A DNA stretch of 64,000 nucleotides from an uncultured Methanosarcinaceae archaeon (GTDB taxonomy: Archaea; Halobacteriota; Methanosarcinia; Methanosarcinales; Methanosarcinaceae): contig CAVTET010000004.1 in the NCBI GenBank assembly GCA_963733675.1, positions 512,001 through 576,000 of the forward strand, in the 5' to 3' direction. The translations under genes were made by a program, and so were the position numbers. Each line of letters begins with the position of its first letter. The stretch's first letter is position 1. Below are positions 1 to 11,330 of the stretch, piece after piece. A model generated the notes under the pieces. The model worked only from the letters and a program-made list of their open reading frames with translations. It searched no databases and was not told where the DNA came from.

Positions 1-399
1 TTATGAATAAAATGTTCTATGTTATGCTTAAACTAACAGGTTTTTAAATAAACTGGTTAATTTTTCGTCATCGGTTATCTGCTAAATTATTTTTCGTGTC
101 CAAATGCTTATATAGCTGGTATATATTAAAACAGGTACATATATCTCTTGTACGGAACAAAAGTACTAATTTATATAGTGCTCATCTTTCTCCTTTTTAT
201 AAAAAGGAGTATAATAATCCTTAAAATTGATCATTTAAATATGGGGCTGGAATATATTTTGAAACCGTTTATAATTTATAGAGAGATAACTCTGGGAATA
301 ATATTTGCTAGGATTAAATTCATTAAATACTCCTCTCTAATAAATTTCTTTATTCGAAAGACTCTCGTGTCCCATCACCAAAGAGGTAGGTAATTATCA

Positions 400-1302
400 A
401 TGTCCATTACGATTGCAGCCATGCCTGCCTATAATGAGGCTCACGTCATTGCAGAAGTTATCAAGGGTTGCAAAAAATACGTCGACAGGGTAGTGGTTGT
501 GGATGACGGTAGCACTGATAATACCCTCGATATCGCAGAATCCCTAGGTGCCTATGTAGTTCGTCATGAAACCAATATTGGATATGGTGCAGCCCTCAGG
601 AACTGTTTTGAAACTGCCCGGCATCTTGGTGCAAGTGCTATGGTTATAATTGATTCTGACGGTCAGCATGACCCCTCGGAGATTCCAAAGCTTTTGGAGC
701 CTCTTAAAAATGGATTTGATCTGGTAATCGGGTCCAGGTTTGTCAATGGTAATGGTAAAAATGTCCCAATTTATCGTAAGTTTGGGATGAAGGTCCTTGA
801 TGTTGCGACCTATGTTGCAGGTGGCCCCAATGTTACTGATTCCCAAAGTGGTTTTCGTGCTTATGGAAAAAGGGCCATTGAAAATATACATTTATATGAT
901 ACAGACATGTCCGCTGGCTCCGAAATTCTCATTCAGGCAGGTGATTACAATCTAAAATTTACTGAAGTGGAAATACATTGTAGGTATGACCTTGATAACT
1001 GCTCAAGTGAACATCCTTTCATACATGGACCCAGAGTTCTTTTTCGTATTCTTAAGGATATGGAGTACAGACGGCCGCTGTACTATTTTGCCTTCCCTGG
1101 AATGATTATGGCATCTACAGGCTTTCTTATGGGACTCAAATTTTTACAGGATTATTACATGGGAGGAGGGTATTTGCGCTTTGGGCCTACACTTCTTATG
1201 GTGATGTTGACAATTATAGGAGCTTTTATGGTATTTACTGGAATTATACTGCATGCAATATCAAGGATGATAGTTCTAAATGAGCATATTCGGCAACAAT
1301 GA
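400..1302 (+). CDS. GT2 family glycosyltransferase (DPM1/polyprenol-phosphate glycosyltransferase-like) with two C-terminal TM helices
   Basis: PAYNE, VVDDGSTD, IDSDGQH (DxD), GSRF and DSQSGFRA motifs; GAGGT RBS-like sequence upstream. Confidence 0.9.
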   Translation: MSITIAAMPAYNEAHVIAEVIKGCKKYVDRVVVVDDGSTDNTLDIAESLGAYVVRHETNIGYGAALRNCFETARHLGASAMVIIDSDGQHDPSEIPKLLEPLKNGFDLVIGSRFVNGNGKNVPIYRKFGMKVLDVATYVAGGPNVTDSQSGFRAYGKRAIENIHLYDTDMSAGSEILIQAGDYNLKFTEVEIHCRYDLDNCSSEHPFIHGPRVLFRILKDMEYRRPLYYFAFPGMIMASTGFLMGLKFLQDYYMGGGYLRFGPTLLMVMLTIIGAFMVFTGIILHAISRMIVLNEHIRQQ

Positions 1303-1323
1303 CTTTTAAATTGGGGTCAATTT

Positions 1324-2337
1324 ATGGAATATCCTTTCGTTTCGGTGATAGTAGGCATTCGCAACGAAGAAATATTTATCGAAGAATGCATCGAATCACT
1401 TCTCAGGCTCGACTATCCCTCGGATCTTTATGAGATTATTATCGTTGATGGAATGTCTTCCGATAAAACTCGGGACCTAGTACAGAAATACCCTGTAAAG
1501 CTTCTTCTAAATGATAAAAAAAATGTTGCTGCGGCAAGGAATCTTGGTGTGGAGAATGCCATAGGCGATATTGTTGCTTTTACTGATGGGGACTGTAAGG
1601 TAGATTCTCAGTGGTTGAAAATACTTGTCTGTGAAATGCAAAATGCTTCCTATGATGTAGTGTGTTTTGGAGGACCTAACCTTATCTTTGAGACCGATCC
1701 TGTATTTAGCAGAGTCGTGGGGTATTCCCAGGAAACTTTTCTGGGTTCAGGAGGCTCGGCTCAGTCCAAAAACTCCACAAAAAAACATTATGTAAGCTCT
1801 CTACCAAACTGTAATGCAATGTATAAAAAATGTGTAATTCAGGAAGTCGGTTATTTTGACGAAAGATTTCTGATAGGTCAGGATGGAGACTTGAATTATA
1901 GAATAGGTAAGCAGGGCCACAAGTTTTTGTACGTTCCAGAAGCCCAGGTTCTGCATCATAGAAGAGGAACTTTGTACTCTTTTTCGGTAAGAATGTTTAA
2001 ATATGGTATGTGGATGGCGGAACTTTTCAAAAAGCATGGGGAATTTGTCCGCTGGTATGCTTTTTTGCCTTCAATTGCTATTGTTTTTTCAGTAGCTTTG
2101 CTGATATCCTCTGTTATCTACTACACTCCTATACTGTTTTTACATGCACTGGTAGCTATATATTTTGTTCTGGTCTTTGTCACCTCAATCCAGGTTACTT
2201 GCAAAATGAGGTCCAAATACGGTCTTTTTGCCTTTTTTGTGATCCCTGTGCAACACGTTACTTATGGGCTGGGGTTTTTGTATAGTTTTGTAAATTCCCT
2301 TTATCTTGCTAAATTCAAATCTCGATTTGATATTTAA
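1324..2337 (+). CDS. GT2 family glycosyltransferase with C-terminal membrane segment
   Basis: VSVIV..RNEE, IVDGMSSD, AARNLG, FTDGDC (DxD), GYFDE; hydrophobic C-terminus. Confidence 0.88.
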   Translation: MEYPFVSVIVGIRNEEIFIEECIESLLRLDYPSDLYEIIIVDGMSSDKTRDLVQKYPVKLLLNDKKNVAAARNLGVENAIGDIVAFTDGDCKVDSQWLKILVCEMQNASYDVVCFGGPNLIFETDPVFSRVVGYSQETFLGSGGSAQSKNSTKKHYVSSLPNCNAMYKKCVIQEVGYFDERFLIGQDGDLNYRIGKQGHKFLYVPEAQVLHHRRGTLYSFSVRMFKYGMWMAELFKKHGEFVRWYAFLPSIAIVFSVALLISSVIYYTPILFLHALVAIYFVLVFVTSIQVTCKMRSKYGLFAFFVIPVQHVTYGLGFLYSFVNSLYLAKFKSRFDI

Positions 2338-2493
2338 TATTCACGAGTTTATCGATATCTTTAAGGAATAAAGACTGAAACCTAATATATGTGATACTTT
2401 TCGGGCCAAAATATTTTTAATCAATACTAGCCTGATTATAACTCTGTTTGGCTTTAAACCTAATAACTCGGGTAATATAATTATTTTTCTCAC

Positions 2494-2620
2494 TTTCTGC
2501 AGATGTACCAAGAATGACATATTTTTTTAATATAACAATACTCAAAAATTAATCCAATTCTCAATGAATAATAGGGGCAAATAGGTAACTAAATTCTACA
2601 TATGTGTACATCTACAGAAA
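2494..2620. mobile_element. ~130-bp MITE-like element, family A copy 1
   Basis: Terminal inverted repeats TTTCTGCAGATGTAC...GTACATCTACAGAAA; internal sequence shared with copies at 23.5, 30.1, 32.6, 38.3 and 46.9 kb. Confidence 0.7.
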
Positions 2621-2668
2621 CTGAATTCAATTTGTACTGTTATGTTTGTTTAAGGTTATGGAGATAGT

Positions 2669-4645
2669 ATGTTTGGGCCAAGTAAAGAGAAAGGATTTAA
2701 GGTGGATAATAACTACTTAATGAAGTTAATTTCCTCTGTTTTTCCATTAGCTATAATCTTGGCAGTATTATTAACGTTCTTATGGATGTTTGCCATCGGA
2801 AGGTTTGGTTATGCACTTCGCGGACTATTTACAGGAATACCTGCAGTACTTTCCTGCCTATTTGTGTTGTTTATTTACAAAAAAGATGTAAATTTACATG
2901 ACATATACTTTCCTTCATCTCTAAGCACAAAATCCCTTACATATCTATTCGGAATATTTTATATCAGTTCCCTTGTTGTACTACTGCTTTCTCTTGGAGA
3001 TAGACCCTGGTATTATTTCATCGTTATTCTAATGCTGTACCTTTCGGTAGTCTTGCAAATATTCTCTCAAAATGCAAGTTCTTCCCTTATCCTTGTAGAA
3101 TCTTTCTTAATCATGATTAATCTGATTTACAGTGTTACGTTAAATTACGCTTTCTACTTTGGGACTACAGATATACTTCCACACATATTTTTTTCAGAAC
3201 TTATCGCTTTTTCCGGGCAGATAATTCCGGCTTCATTAAGCGATTACGCATATTTTCCTCTATATCATATACTTGTTGCAGAAGCCTCCGAGATACTTAA
3301 CACAAGCACAAAGACCTCGCTCTTTCTGATAACTGCGCCAATTTATGCAATTACTATCATTTTTCTTTACTATTTTTTTAATTTCATAACAAACAATCGT
3401 CAAATTTCCTTGCTTTCATGCTTATTATTTTCAGTGAGTTCAATTGTACTGTATTACGGTGTCAATGTAATCACTCGCACAATGGCATTTATAATGTTTG
3501 TTATATTAATATACCTTATTTTTAGTGTCAATTTCAAGAAAGATAAACTATCTTTAAAAATACTTTCAGTAATCGTTATGGTTTTTTTAACCCTGGTCCA
3601 CAATGTTTCCTTTCCCCAAATAGTCGTATTGCTGGTTATTTTGTTTGTTTCCGAATATATAATCGGAGACCGTAAATATATTAGTAAGCCATTTTTTGTA
3701 TTACTTAATGTTACTTTCGTTTCATACTGGTTTTATGTAGCCTACTTGTTTGTTCAAAGAAGTCTGACCCCCCGTTTACAGAGCCATCTTTGGGATTCTA
3801 TGGTCTTAACTGCTGGAGGTGCAGAGGTACTTCAGGAGGGCTTGATTAGTTTAATAGGCCTTCTGGATAAATCCATATTTTTATTTTTTGCCTTAATTGG
3901 AATAGGTTTTCTTCTGAAAAATTATAAGGACAATTATGCTTCTGTTTTAGGTTTATTTGCCTTTTTGACCCTGATATTTTATATTCCAAATCCTCTCAAC
4001 ACTATATGGCAGCTTAATGTCCTTTTTAGAGTTGACAGATTCATGCTTCTTGTTAGCCCTTTTATGGCTTTCGTAATGGGTTATGGAATGTACCTATTCT
4101 GGAATTATATCTCTAAATATGCCCCTAAAAAACTAAATTTATTCTTTGTAATATTTCTGTTATTCTCTGTATTTGTCTTGATCTCTTCGATCTACAGTAT
4201 TGGTGATTCGAGTCTTCTTGGCCAAAACGCTGAGCATCAATACTTCACTTTTGATGAATTGAAAGGTTTTGAGCATATTTTCAACTATAGTCCTGTTAAT
4301 TCTTCGATTTACACAGATTATTATACTACAAGGTTTTTTTATCTCCCATTGATTCCTCATACCTCTGCGGAAATGAATTTCGCACCTTATAACGATCATA
4401 GAATCGGTGATATAAATAAAATCATACAGTACAGAGGCTATACAGTGATTAGAACGAGGGAATTTCTAAGGAGTGGCTTATACTTCGGCATTGGTGAAAG
4501 TACTCGTAAAGAAACTCCTAATTATTTCTTTAAGGGAGTACCCCAAAATAAGCTCGAGCTAGGACGTAATCTTGCAACTCTTAATAAAGTATATACAAAT
4601 CCCTCAATTGAAATTTTTGTTCCGCATTCGGGACTAAACTCTTAA
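2669..4645 (+). CDS. Polytopic membrane protein in a glycosylation cluster (possible GT-C fold or polysaccharide polymerase-like)
   Basis: 658 aa, about 13 hydrophobic segments and a soluble C-terminal domain; follows two GT2 genes. Confidence 0.7.
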   Translation: MFGPSKEKGFKVDNNYLMKLISSVFPLAIILAVLLTFLWMFAIGRFGYALRGLFTGIPAVLSCLFVLFIYKKDVNLHDIYFPSSLSTKSLTYLFGIFYISSLVVLLLSLGDRPWYYFIVILMLYLSVVLQIFSQNASSSLILVESFLIMINLIYSVTLNYAFYFGTTDILPHIFFSELIAFSGQIIPASLSDYAYFPLYHILVAEASEILNTSTKTSLFLITAPIYAITIIFLYYFFNFITNNRQISLLSCLLFSVSSIVLYYGVNVITRTMAFIMFVILIYLIFSVNFKKDKLSLKILSVIVMVFLTLVHNVSFPQIVVLLVILFVSEYIIGDRKYISKPFFVLLNVTFVSYWFYVAYLFVQRSLTPRLQSHLWDSMVLTAGGAEVLQEGLISLIGLLDKSIFLFFALIGIGFLLKNYKDNYASVLGLFAFLTLIFYIPNPLNTIWQLNVLFRVDRFMLLVSPFMAFVMGYGMYLFWNYISKYAPKKLNLFFVIFLLFSVFVLISSIYSIGDSSLLGQNAEHQYFTFDELKGFEHIFNYSPVNSSIYTDYYTTRFFYLPLIPHTSAEMNFAPYNDHRIGDINKIIQYRGYTVIRTREFLRSGLYFGIGESTRKETPNYFFKGVPQNKLELGRNLATLNKVYTNPSIEIFVPHSGLNS

Positions 4646-5070
4646 CAAGGCATAAAATCAATGTATAAATAAACTCTTAAAAATCAAGAATTTTAAGGAT
4701 CAATTTGATTGATACATGTGGATTCACGAAAAAATGCAGTTTCTAGTAGACGCGGAATGAAAAGTGAAATATAAATATCCAGGAGTTTTTGTAAAAGCGA
4801 AACGATTTTTTTTCTCCGAACGAAGAAAAATTGGGTATAAGAAGGGCATGAAATTTTTTTAATAACAGGCATAAATAAAATGAGAATAATTTTCGAATTA
4901 CCTTTTTGACCATTGATTTCATCATTACTTTGGCTGGAAGGTTGTTTTAATTTCGATTTTTTAAAAAACGTTATAATACTACTTAGTAAATTTTCATTGA
5001 AGTCTCAAATATATTATTTTTAAGCATATGGCGAAATATAGAGATTCATTGAGATCCTCTACAATAAGCT

Positions 5071-5156
5071 TGGTGCGGGAGAAGGGATTCGAACCCATGA
5101 ACGCCTTCGCGAAACGATCTTGAGTCGTTCACCGTTGACCGCTTGGTTACTCCCGC
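5071..5156 (-). tRNA. tRNA-Leu(CAA), CCA encoded
   Basis: Reverse complement GCGGGAG...AACGA-CT-CAA-GA-TCGTT, long variable arm, GGTTCGAATCCC, ends CTCCCGCACCA. Confidence 0.95.
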
Positions 5157-5315
5157 ATATTGGCTTTTTTTTGTTTGAAATATGCTTCGATTTTCCCAAT
5201 TATATTTCAAATCAAGTAACAGTTGATCCTCTATAACTACTCTGCGTTTATTGGAAGCAATAAGATTACGATATAACTAGCATATATACCTAATCCTGTA
5301 AATGAGTAGTTTCGA

Positions 5316-5468
5316 TTTGCTGCATTTCAGAATGACCGTTCTTATTTGTTTACAATTTTTCTTCAATATTTCATAAGGAAAAAAATTTCATCCATAAATC
5401 TCAATTCCATTTTTTTTGAAATTGTTTCTAGAAAATTCAATATTTTAGAGTTCTGAAGTAAAAATATG
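5316..5468. repeat. Dispersed ~155-bp non-coding repeat, copy 1 (other copy 44928-45077)
   Basis: Colinear similarity: TTTGCTG..TTCAGAATGAC...AAAAATTTCATCC...ATTCCATTTTTT...AGAGT(T/C)CTGAAGTA. Confidence 0.6.
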
Positions 5469-6323
5469 GGTTCCGTTGCAAAAAATCCTTTCTAATGATA
5501 CAATAGAATAAAAAGAAAACCAAAGATAGTAACATGCTATCTAATTCCTTTAAATGGAAGCATTATGAAGGGGAAATTATCTTATTGAATGTAAGATGGT
5601 ACTTAAAATATGCATTAAGTTATAGAAATTTAAAGGAAATGATGGCAGAAAGGGGAGTAAAAGTCGACCATACAACAATCATGAGATGGGTACATCAATA
5701 TTCTCCTGAAATCGAAAAGAAGATAAGAAGACATTTAAGACTAACAAACTATTCGTGGAGAGTTGACGAAACCTATATCAAAGTAAAAGGTAAATGGAAA
5801 TATTTTTACCGAGCAGTTGACTCAAATGGAGATAAAATTGATTTCATGTTAAGTTCAAAACGAGATAGAAAAGCAGCAAAGAGATTCTTTAAGAAAGCTT
5901 TAAGTTCTAATCATAATCAAATTCCAAGATTAATAACCGTTGATAAGAATCCAGCTTATCCACCTGCTATAGATAAACTAAAAATTGATAAAATACTACC
6001 TAAAAACGTAGGCATTCGACAAATCAAGTATTTGAATAACATTATAGAACAAGATCACAGATCTATAAAGAGAATCGTTAATCCAATGTTAGGATTTCAG
6101 TCTTTTCGATCTGCTAATAAGACTTTAAAAGGAATTGAAGCTATAAATATGATCAAAAAAGGACATGTAATCGATCTAAATTACTCTGTTCTTAATGAAG
6201 TCAAATACATTAATCAATTATTTGGTATAGTTTTATAATGTTAGTACATTTTCCTTGAATGTTTTGATTTTTATTAATCACTTATAGATTTACATATTTT
6301 TTTGAAGTTTTTGCAACGGAACC
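5469..6323 (+). mobile_element. IS6-family insertion sequence, complete
   Basis: TIRs GGTTCCGTTGCAAAAA / TTTTTGCAACGGAACC around one transposase ORF; no 8-bp target duplication seen. Confidence 0.93.
5534..6238 (+). CDS. IS6-family DDE transposase
   Basis: FKWKHY..EII, WRVDETYIKVKG, TVDKNPAY, NNIIEQDHR motifs; 234 aa. Confidence 0.95.
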   Translation: MLSNSFKWKHYEGEIILLNVRWYLKYALSYRNLKEMMAERGVKVDHTTIMRWVHQYSPEIEKKIRRHLRLTNYSWRVDETYIKVKGKWKYFYRAVDSNGDKIDFMLSSKRDRKAAKRFFKKALSSNHNQIPRLITVDKNPAYPPAIDKLKIDKILPKNVGIRQIKYLNNIIEQDHRSIKRIVNPMLGFQSFRSANKTLKGIEAINMIKKGHVIDLNYSVLNEVKYINQLFGIVL

Positions 6324-6396
6324 CTAGAAATTATATACTATGTAAAAAAAGGAAAGAAAGTAAGAACTATTCCCAGATTTTCCTTCTTTAATCTGT

Positions 6397-6900
6397 ACTG
6401 TACTTTCCGCAAATTATATATCAGCTTAAAAAATACTGAAGAAATTTAGTACTTTCTAAAAAGATATTTCTTCATATTCTTCATATTATGCATTGTTGAT
6501 TAGCACTGAATATAACAGGTTTCCCTCAGCTAGAAATTTCAAATCACTAATACACAAACTGGCCATAGTATTTCACACTTATTTGGCAGTAGAATACTTA
6601 GTTAGAATTAAAAATCACATATTAGTCAAAAATAAAGTCATGATCTTCAAAAATTTAATTTGACTTATTAACTCATTTGTCAGATTCTAACAATACAAAC
6701 AACAACATAACCTATTATTGAGGTCTTGTACCATTTTAGCATTTTAGTTATCTAAATCCTCTGTACTTTACCAATTATATTGATCTCTAGGGGATCCATA
6801 CTTAACAAGTTTATATTTAGTTCCTGGTAGAACTATACTTGTTTAATCCAGATTTAGATACTTTTTTCAAGATTATAAACCAAAAATTGATTGCTTAGAT
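6397..6900 (-). pseudogene. Possible heavily decayed IS701-like transposase end
   Basis: CTGTACTTTCCGCAA end-like sequence and fragments such as RFYQE..VKYRG on the minus strand; boundaries approximate. Confidence 0.3.
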
Positions 6901-7436
6901 TGCTAATGATTTAAGTGCAAAAAATTACTTTAGTAACTATCAATATTTTTACAAAAAAATGATTTGATTCTCGAGTTTATTATGAATAATGGATATATAG
7001 CTGCGTGAAGCCTTAATGCACTGATTTTTATTTTTGCAGAGATCACAAGAAATTAACAAAAAAGGGGAAAGGGTAATAAATATAAAAAAACAGTATGAAG
7101 AATAGGATCAAAAGTTTAAGCTGAATTGAAGAAAAAAGATACAAGAACACAAAGTATAGTAAAAGAAATAGGACGAAAAATGTGGATGATAACAAATAAT
7201 AATCATTCAGCTTACCAAAAATCAATTGGCTGACCTCTATTTTGATGCAATAGATACTTTCGATTACTAACTGACGGAGAAATAAAAAATATAATCATTA
7301 GCAGACAGTTAAATAAAAATTCTCCCACCGAAATTTGCTCAATGAATCTCAGTAAAAATGGTTATCGGTATTGTATCCCCCAGCTAAATAATTGCAATAA
7401 ATCAAACAAAGGATACATAAATGAAGAAAAAATGTA

Positions 7437-7508
7437 CGTCCCGACTGAGACTTGAACTCAGGTCTAAGGCTCCGCAGGCCTCAAGGATATCCACTACCCT
7501 ATCGGGAC
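7437..7508 (-). tRNA. tRNA-Arg(GCG)
   Basis: Reverse complement GTCCCGATAGGGTAGTGG...AGGC-CT-GCG-GA-GCCT...CTGAGTTCAAGTCTCAG-TCGGGACG. Confidence 0.93.
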
Positions 7509-7681
7509 ACGAGTGAGTATCACTGATAAGCATATACAAAGATATAAACCTTATTCCTAGAGAACTAGCTGAATCCATAGTGTGTCTTTATGGCACCCAA
7601 TAAAATGGAAGAAAAAAAATAATTTCTCCACTGCATCAATATTGATAAAGATTAAATGCAAAAAGTTCGTTTTTATAATTT

Positions 7682-8869
7682 ATGTCGATGACCATAGGCC
7701 TTGCAGGGAAACCTAATGCTGGAAAATCCACCTTTTTCAAAGCTGCTACTCTTGCAAACGTTGAAATTGCAGATTATCCTTTTACAACCATCAATGCAAA
7801 TCATGGAGTTACCTATGTGCGGGTAGAATGTCCCTGCAAAGACAAGGAAAAGACATGTGGAAAATGTGTGAATGGGATGAGGTTAGTCCCAATTGATATA
7901 ATTGATGTTGCCGGGCTTGTACCGGATGCATGTAAAGGAAGAGGGCTTGGAAACACTTTTTTGGATGAACTTCGACAGGCTCAGGCAATTATCCATGTGG
8001 TAGATGCTTCCGGTGGTACAGACGCGGAAGGCAACCTTGTAGAAATAGGAGACCACGATCCTCTTGAAGATTTGACCTTCCTGAATAGGGAAATTTCGAT
8101 GTGGCTCTATGGCATTCTGGAAAGAAACTGGGTTAAGCTTGCCAGAAAAATCCATTCCGAAGGGCTTAAACTCGAAGTCTTAATTGCAGAACAACTCGCA
8201 GGAGCAGGAGTAAAAGAATCCAGTGTAAGCTTAGCTTTGATAGAAACAGGACTTTCAAGGGTTGACCATGTCAAATGGAGTGAAGAAAATATGATCCATC
8301 TCTGCGACACAATGAGGAGGATTAGCAAACCCCTACTAATTGCCGCAAACAAAGCAGATATTGCCCCAAGCAAAAATCTGGACAAAATAAAAAATTTTGA
8401 TGATAGAATAGTAGTAGCTACAAGTGCAGCGGCTGAACTAGCACTCAAGTCTGCAGCAAAAAATGGGATTATCAGGTATACCCCAGGGGACAGAAACTTC
8501 GATTTGCTTATGAATGATCTTACAAAAGCACAGAAAAAGGGGCTTGAATCTATTCAGAAATTAATATATAAACTTGGTAGCACCGGTGTCCAGGAATGCA
8601 TAAACAGGACTGTCTTTGACCTTCTGGACCTTATAGTAGTATATCCCGTGGAAGACGAAGGGAAATGGTCAGACAAACGTGGAAATATTCTTCCTGATGC
8701 ATATCTTATGAAAAAAGGCTCTACATGTTGCGATCTTGCTTACCAAATACATACAGAAATAGGAAATAAATTTTTGTACGGGGTAGATGTGCGGACAAGG
8801 CTTAGATTAGGGGAGAAGCATGAACTGAAAAATGGAGATGTAATCAAGATCATATCCACTGCAAAATAA
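7682..8869 (+). CDS. ychF: YchF/OLA1-family P-loop NTPase with TGS domain
   Basis: GKPNAGKST, YPFTTI, DVAGLV, GLGN, ANKAD, C-terminal TGS (LKNGDVIKI). Confidence 0.9.
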   Translation: MSMTIGLAGKPNAGKSTFFKAATLANVEIADYPFTTINANHGVTYVRVECPCKDKEKTCGKCVNGMRLVPIDIIDVAGLVPDACKGRGLGNTFLDELRQAQAIIHVVDASGGTDAEGNLVEIGDHDPLEDLTFLNREISMWLYGILERNWVKLARKIHSEGLKLEVLIAEQLAGAGVKESSVSLALIETGLSRVDHVKWSEENMIHLCDTMRRISKPLLIAANKADIAPSKNLDKIKNFDDRIVVATSAAAELALKSAAKNGIIRYTPGDRNFDLLMNDLTKAQKKGLESIQKLIYKLGSTGVQECINRTVFDLLDLIVVYPVEDEGKWSDKRGNILPDAYLMKKGSTCCDLAYQIHTEIGNKFLYGVDVRTRLRLGEKHELKNGDVIKIISTAK

Positions 8870-9040
8870 GGTAGCCTGCCTAATTTTCTGTAAAATCATA
8901 AATCAAAATAAGTCATTGAGATCTCATAAGAACTTAACAAAGCACAATATGTAAAAATGTGACTCAAACTTACAACAAATTAACGATCATACCAAAAAAA
9001 ATATCATCCAAAGTGTAAAAACAAAGGAAAAAAATAAATA

Positions 9041-9751
9041 ATGGAATGTTTAGATTTTCAGGGAGATATTTTCCAGATGGATATATTTTCTTTTGCCTAT
9101 CCGTTCTACGAAAGATACCTGACATGGCAAATAACCAGATCGTCCTTAAAGGTCCCCAGACATGTGGCAATCATACTTAAGGAAACCGACCTCTTTGACC
9201 CTAAAGGGATAGAGAGACTGATATCTGCAACTATTATTTTAAAAAAAATTAAGATAGAGTTTGTGAGCATTTATGTTGAAATTCTTAAAACTGAAACCTC
9301 ACTGAAAATCGAAATCGCATCAAAGCTCAGGACCCAGCTGGAAGAAAGTTTTTCCAATCTTCCAGAAGGCACAGGTTATACAATTTATGGTCTTGAGGGA
9401 GAAGTAAAGAGCAAATTTCCCGGAAAGGACTTTTTTATATACATATCACTAGGATTCGGAGGAAGAGATGAAATCACCAGGGCTGTATTAACGATCCTTG
9501 AAAAAGTGAAGGTAGGAACAATCAAATCTGAGGAGGTGGATGAAAAAATGCTCGAATCGTATCTCCTCGTCAAACAAGAACCAGATATAATGATCCGTTC
9601 AGGAGGACAAAAGCTCTCGGATTTCCTGGTATGGCAGTCAGTATATTCGGAACTATTTTTCACAGATATTAACTGGAAAGATATGCGCAAACTCGATATT
9701 TTGAGAGTGATTAGGGATTTCCAAAAAAGACAGAGAAGGTATGGGAAGTGA
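9041..9751 (+). CDS. Cis-prenyltransferase (UppS family) homolog lacking the catalytic DGNxR motif
   Basis: PRHVAII, GRDEI, EPDIMIRSGG, LSDFLVWQSVYSELFF, C-terminal RRYGK; start may be at 9077. Confidence 0.85.
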   Translation: MECLDFQGDIFQMDIFSFAYPFYERYLTWQITRSSLKVPRHVAIILKETDLFDPKGIERLISATIILKKIKIEFVSIYVEILKTETSLKIEIASKLRTQLEESFSNLPEGTGYTIYGLEGEVKSKFPGKDFFIYISLGFGGRDEITRAVLTILEKVKVGTIKSEEVDEKMLESYLLVKQEPDIMIRSGGQKLSDFLVWQSVYSELFFTDINWKDMRKLDILRVIRDFQKRQRRYGK

Positions 9752-9801
9752 GTTAACTGGTATTTGGAGAAAAGCCGATAAATTTTCGCTATGTAGTAAT
9801 C

Positions 9802-10290
9802 GTGTGCCCTAAATGCAGACAAAATGCCCAGATAACAGATATTAGAACAAAAAGTCTTAGATGCCAGCGCTGCGGTATCATCTTACAAGCCCGAAAACTG
9901 AAAATATTTTACTCTTCCGAAAAATTGGCTGAAGCAGTTGCTTTTAGGACTCGCTTACAAGCCGAAATTTCCGGAAAAGAAAGTGATTTTTTTTTGCTGA
10001 GACCTTTTACAAAAGAGTACGAAATCTCAAAACCAGAAACTGAGAACAAATCAAAAGCAGTTAAGACGTCAGAAAATATTGATTCTGGGAATATATTCCC
10101 TAAAAAGGACCAGAAAGCAATTTTTCTTAAACTTTTGGAAGATGCAGGCGGCAAAATAGAGATAGAAAAACTTCAGCAAAAAGCATTTGAAAAAGAGGTA
10201 GGTCCAGAAAAATTCAATATAATTCTTAGGACACTTCTGGAAACAGGAGAAATCTATTCTCCGGAATCTGGAATATTAAAGCTCGTATAA
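9802..10290 (+). CDS. Zinc-ribbon plus C-terminal winged-helix-like hypothetical protein
   Basis: CPKC...CQRC; C-terminal LLETGEIYSPESG; start uncertain. Confidence 0.7.
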   Translation: MCPKCRQNAQITDIRTKSLRCQRCGIILQARKLKIFYSSEKLAEAVAFRTRLQAEISGKESDFFLLRPFTKEYEISKPETENKSKAVKTSENIDSGNIFPKKDQKAIFLKLLEDAGGKIEIEKLQQKAFEKEVGPEKFNIILRTLLETGEIYSPESGILKLV

Positions 10291-10479
10291 CTTCAATTGC
10301 TTTAAGATAATATAATTCCTATTTATCTCTTTTTTTCGCGGGAATCCTATCCAAACCTTTCTCGCTAATTTCTGTATTTTACACCATTTTTTTGTCTAGT
10401 TCATTATTCTTTGATTTTAAAGCTAGTTTTCGCTATCCATAAAACACTTCTTTTATTTTTCGATGTCATCGAAAGATAG

Positions 10480-11330
10480 TGATTATAACAAAAATATTTA
10501 CACAATATCTTCAGATTCACTCTTTGGTAGTAGTACAAGAACTTTTCCTACTTTAGACCTCTTTTTTAGTTTTGCACAAACACGTCCCTATGTATCTCTT
10601 ATTGAGCTGATCCACTTGTTTCTTAATACATCAATCATTCCAGAGGATAGTCTATCACTGCTCTTTTCATTGTTGTATCAGAATCTTTTAATTTTGTTCA
10701 GAAGTACCCTTTATCTCCGTAAACTATTTCTGTTTTTTCTGATAAATCCACCTGAGAATCATGAAGTTATGGCTCGGTTGTTTTGAATTTTCTGATCAGC
10801 TCATACGTCTCTGCCTATAACTATTAAGTTTATATCCAAAGTGCGATTTATTATCCTTTTTTATCCAGTTTACTTATCTACCTCTCCTTGTTTTTGATTC
10901 ATTTTCACGATGTTTATCCACTTTTGCATGTCCAGATCTGAATAGATAAAAGTAGAGTCATAAATAAGTCTCTTTTTCACTTTTAGATATCTTGGAAATC
11001 TCCACTGTCTCCAGCAAACATAAGGATTCGCTTTCCTCAAGCTTTCTGTAGCTGCTTTGATATACTCTTCACAGACAAGCGTTATTTTCTTTAGTTCTTT
11101 GAATTTTTCGAGATTCTGTGATCATGATTTGGACTCTTATTTAGAAGTAATGTTTTTTTTCTCCATCTGAGTGGAGTGAACAACTACCCGTTTCTGTTCG
11201 ATCCGACCATATTCAACAATAATTATTTCGAACGAATATCTGAATTCTTTTCCTGTTTGAACTAAATATCCAATGCCAGCAAATTTGTTAGAAATCTGAA
11301 GAAGGTCAGTACTATTCACAAAAAATTATT
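10480..11330 (-). pseudogene. Decayed IS5-family transposase
   Basis: Frameshifted fragments DSTFIYSD, GHAKVDK..KTRRG, KSHFGYKL, LHDSQVDLS..IVYGDKGYF; boundaries approximate. Confidence 0.7.

Noticed and set aside
148-393. 81-aa ORF before the first GT2
   Set aside because: AT-rich promoter/leader region, TTG start, no motif
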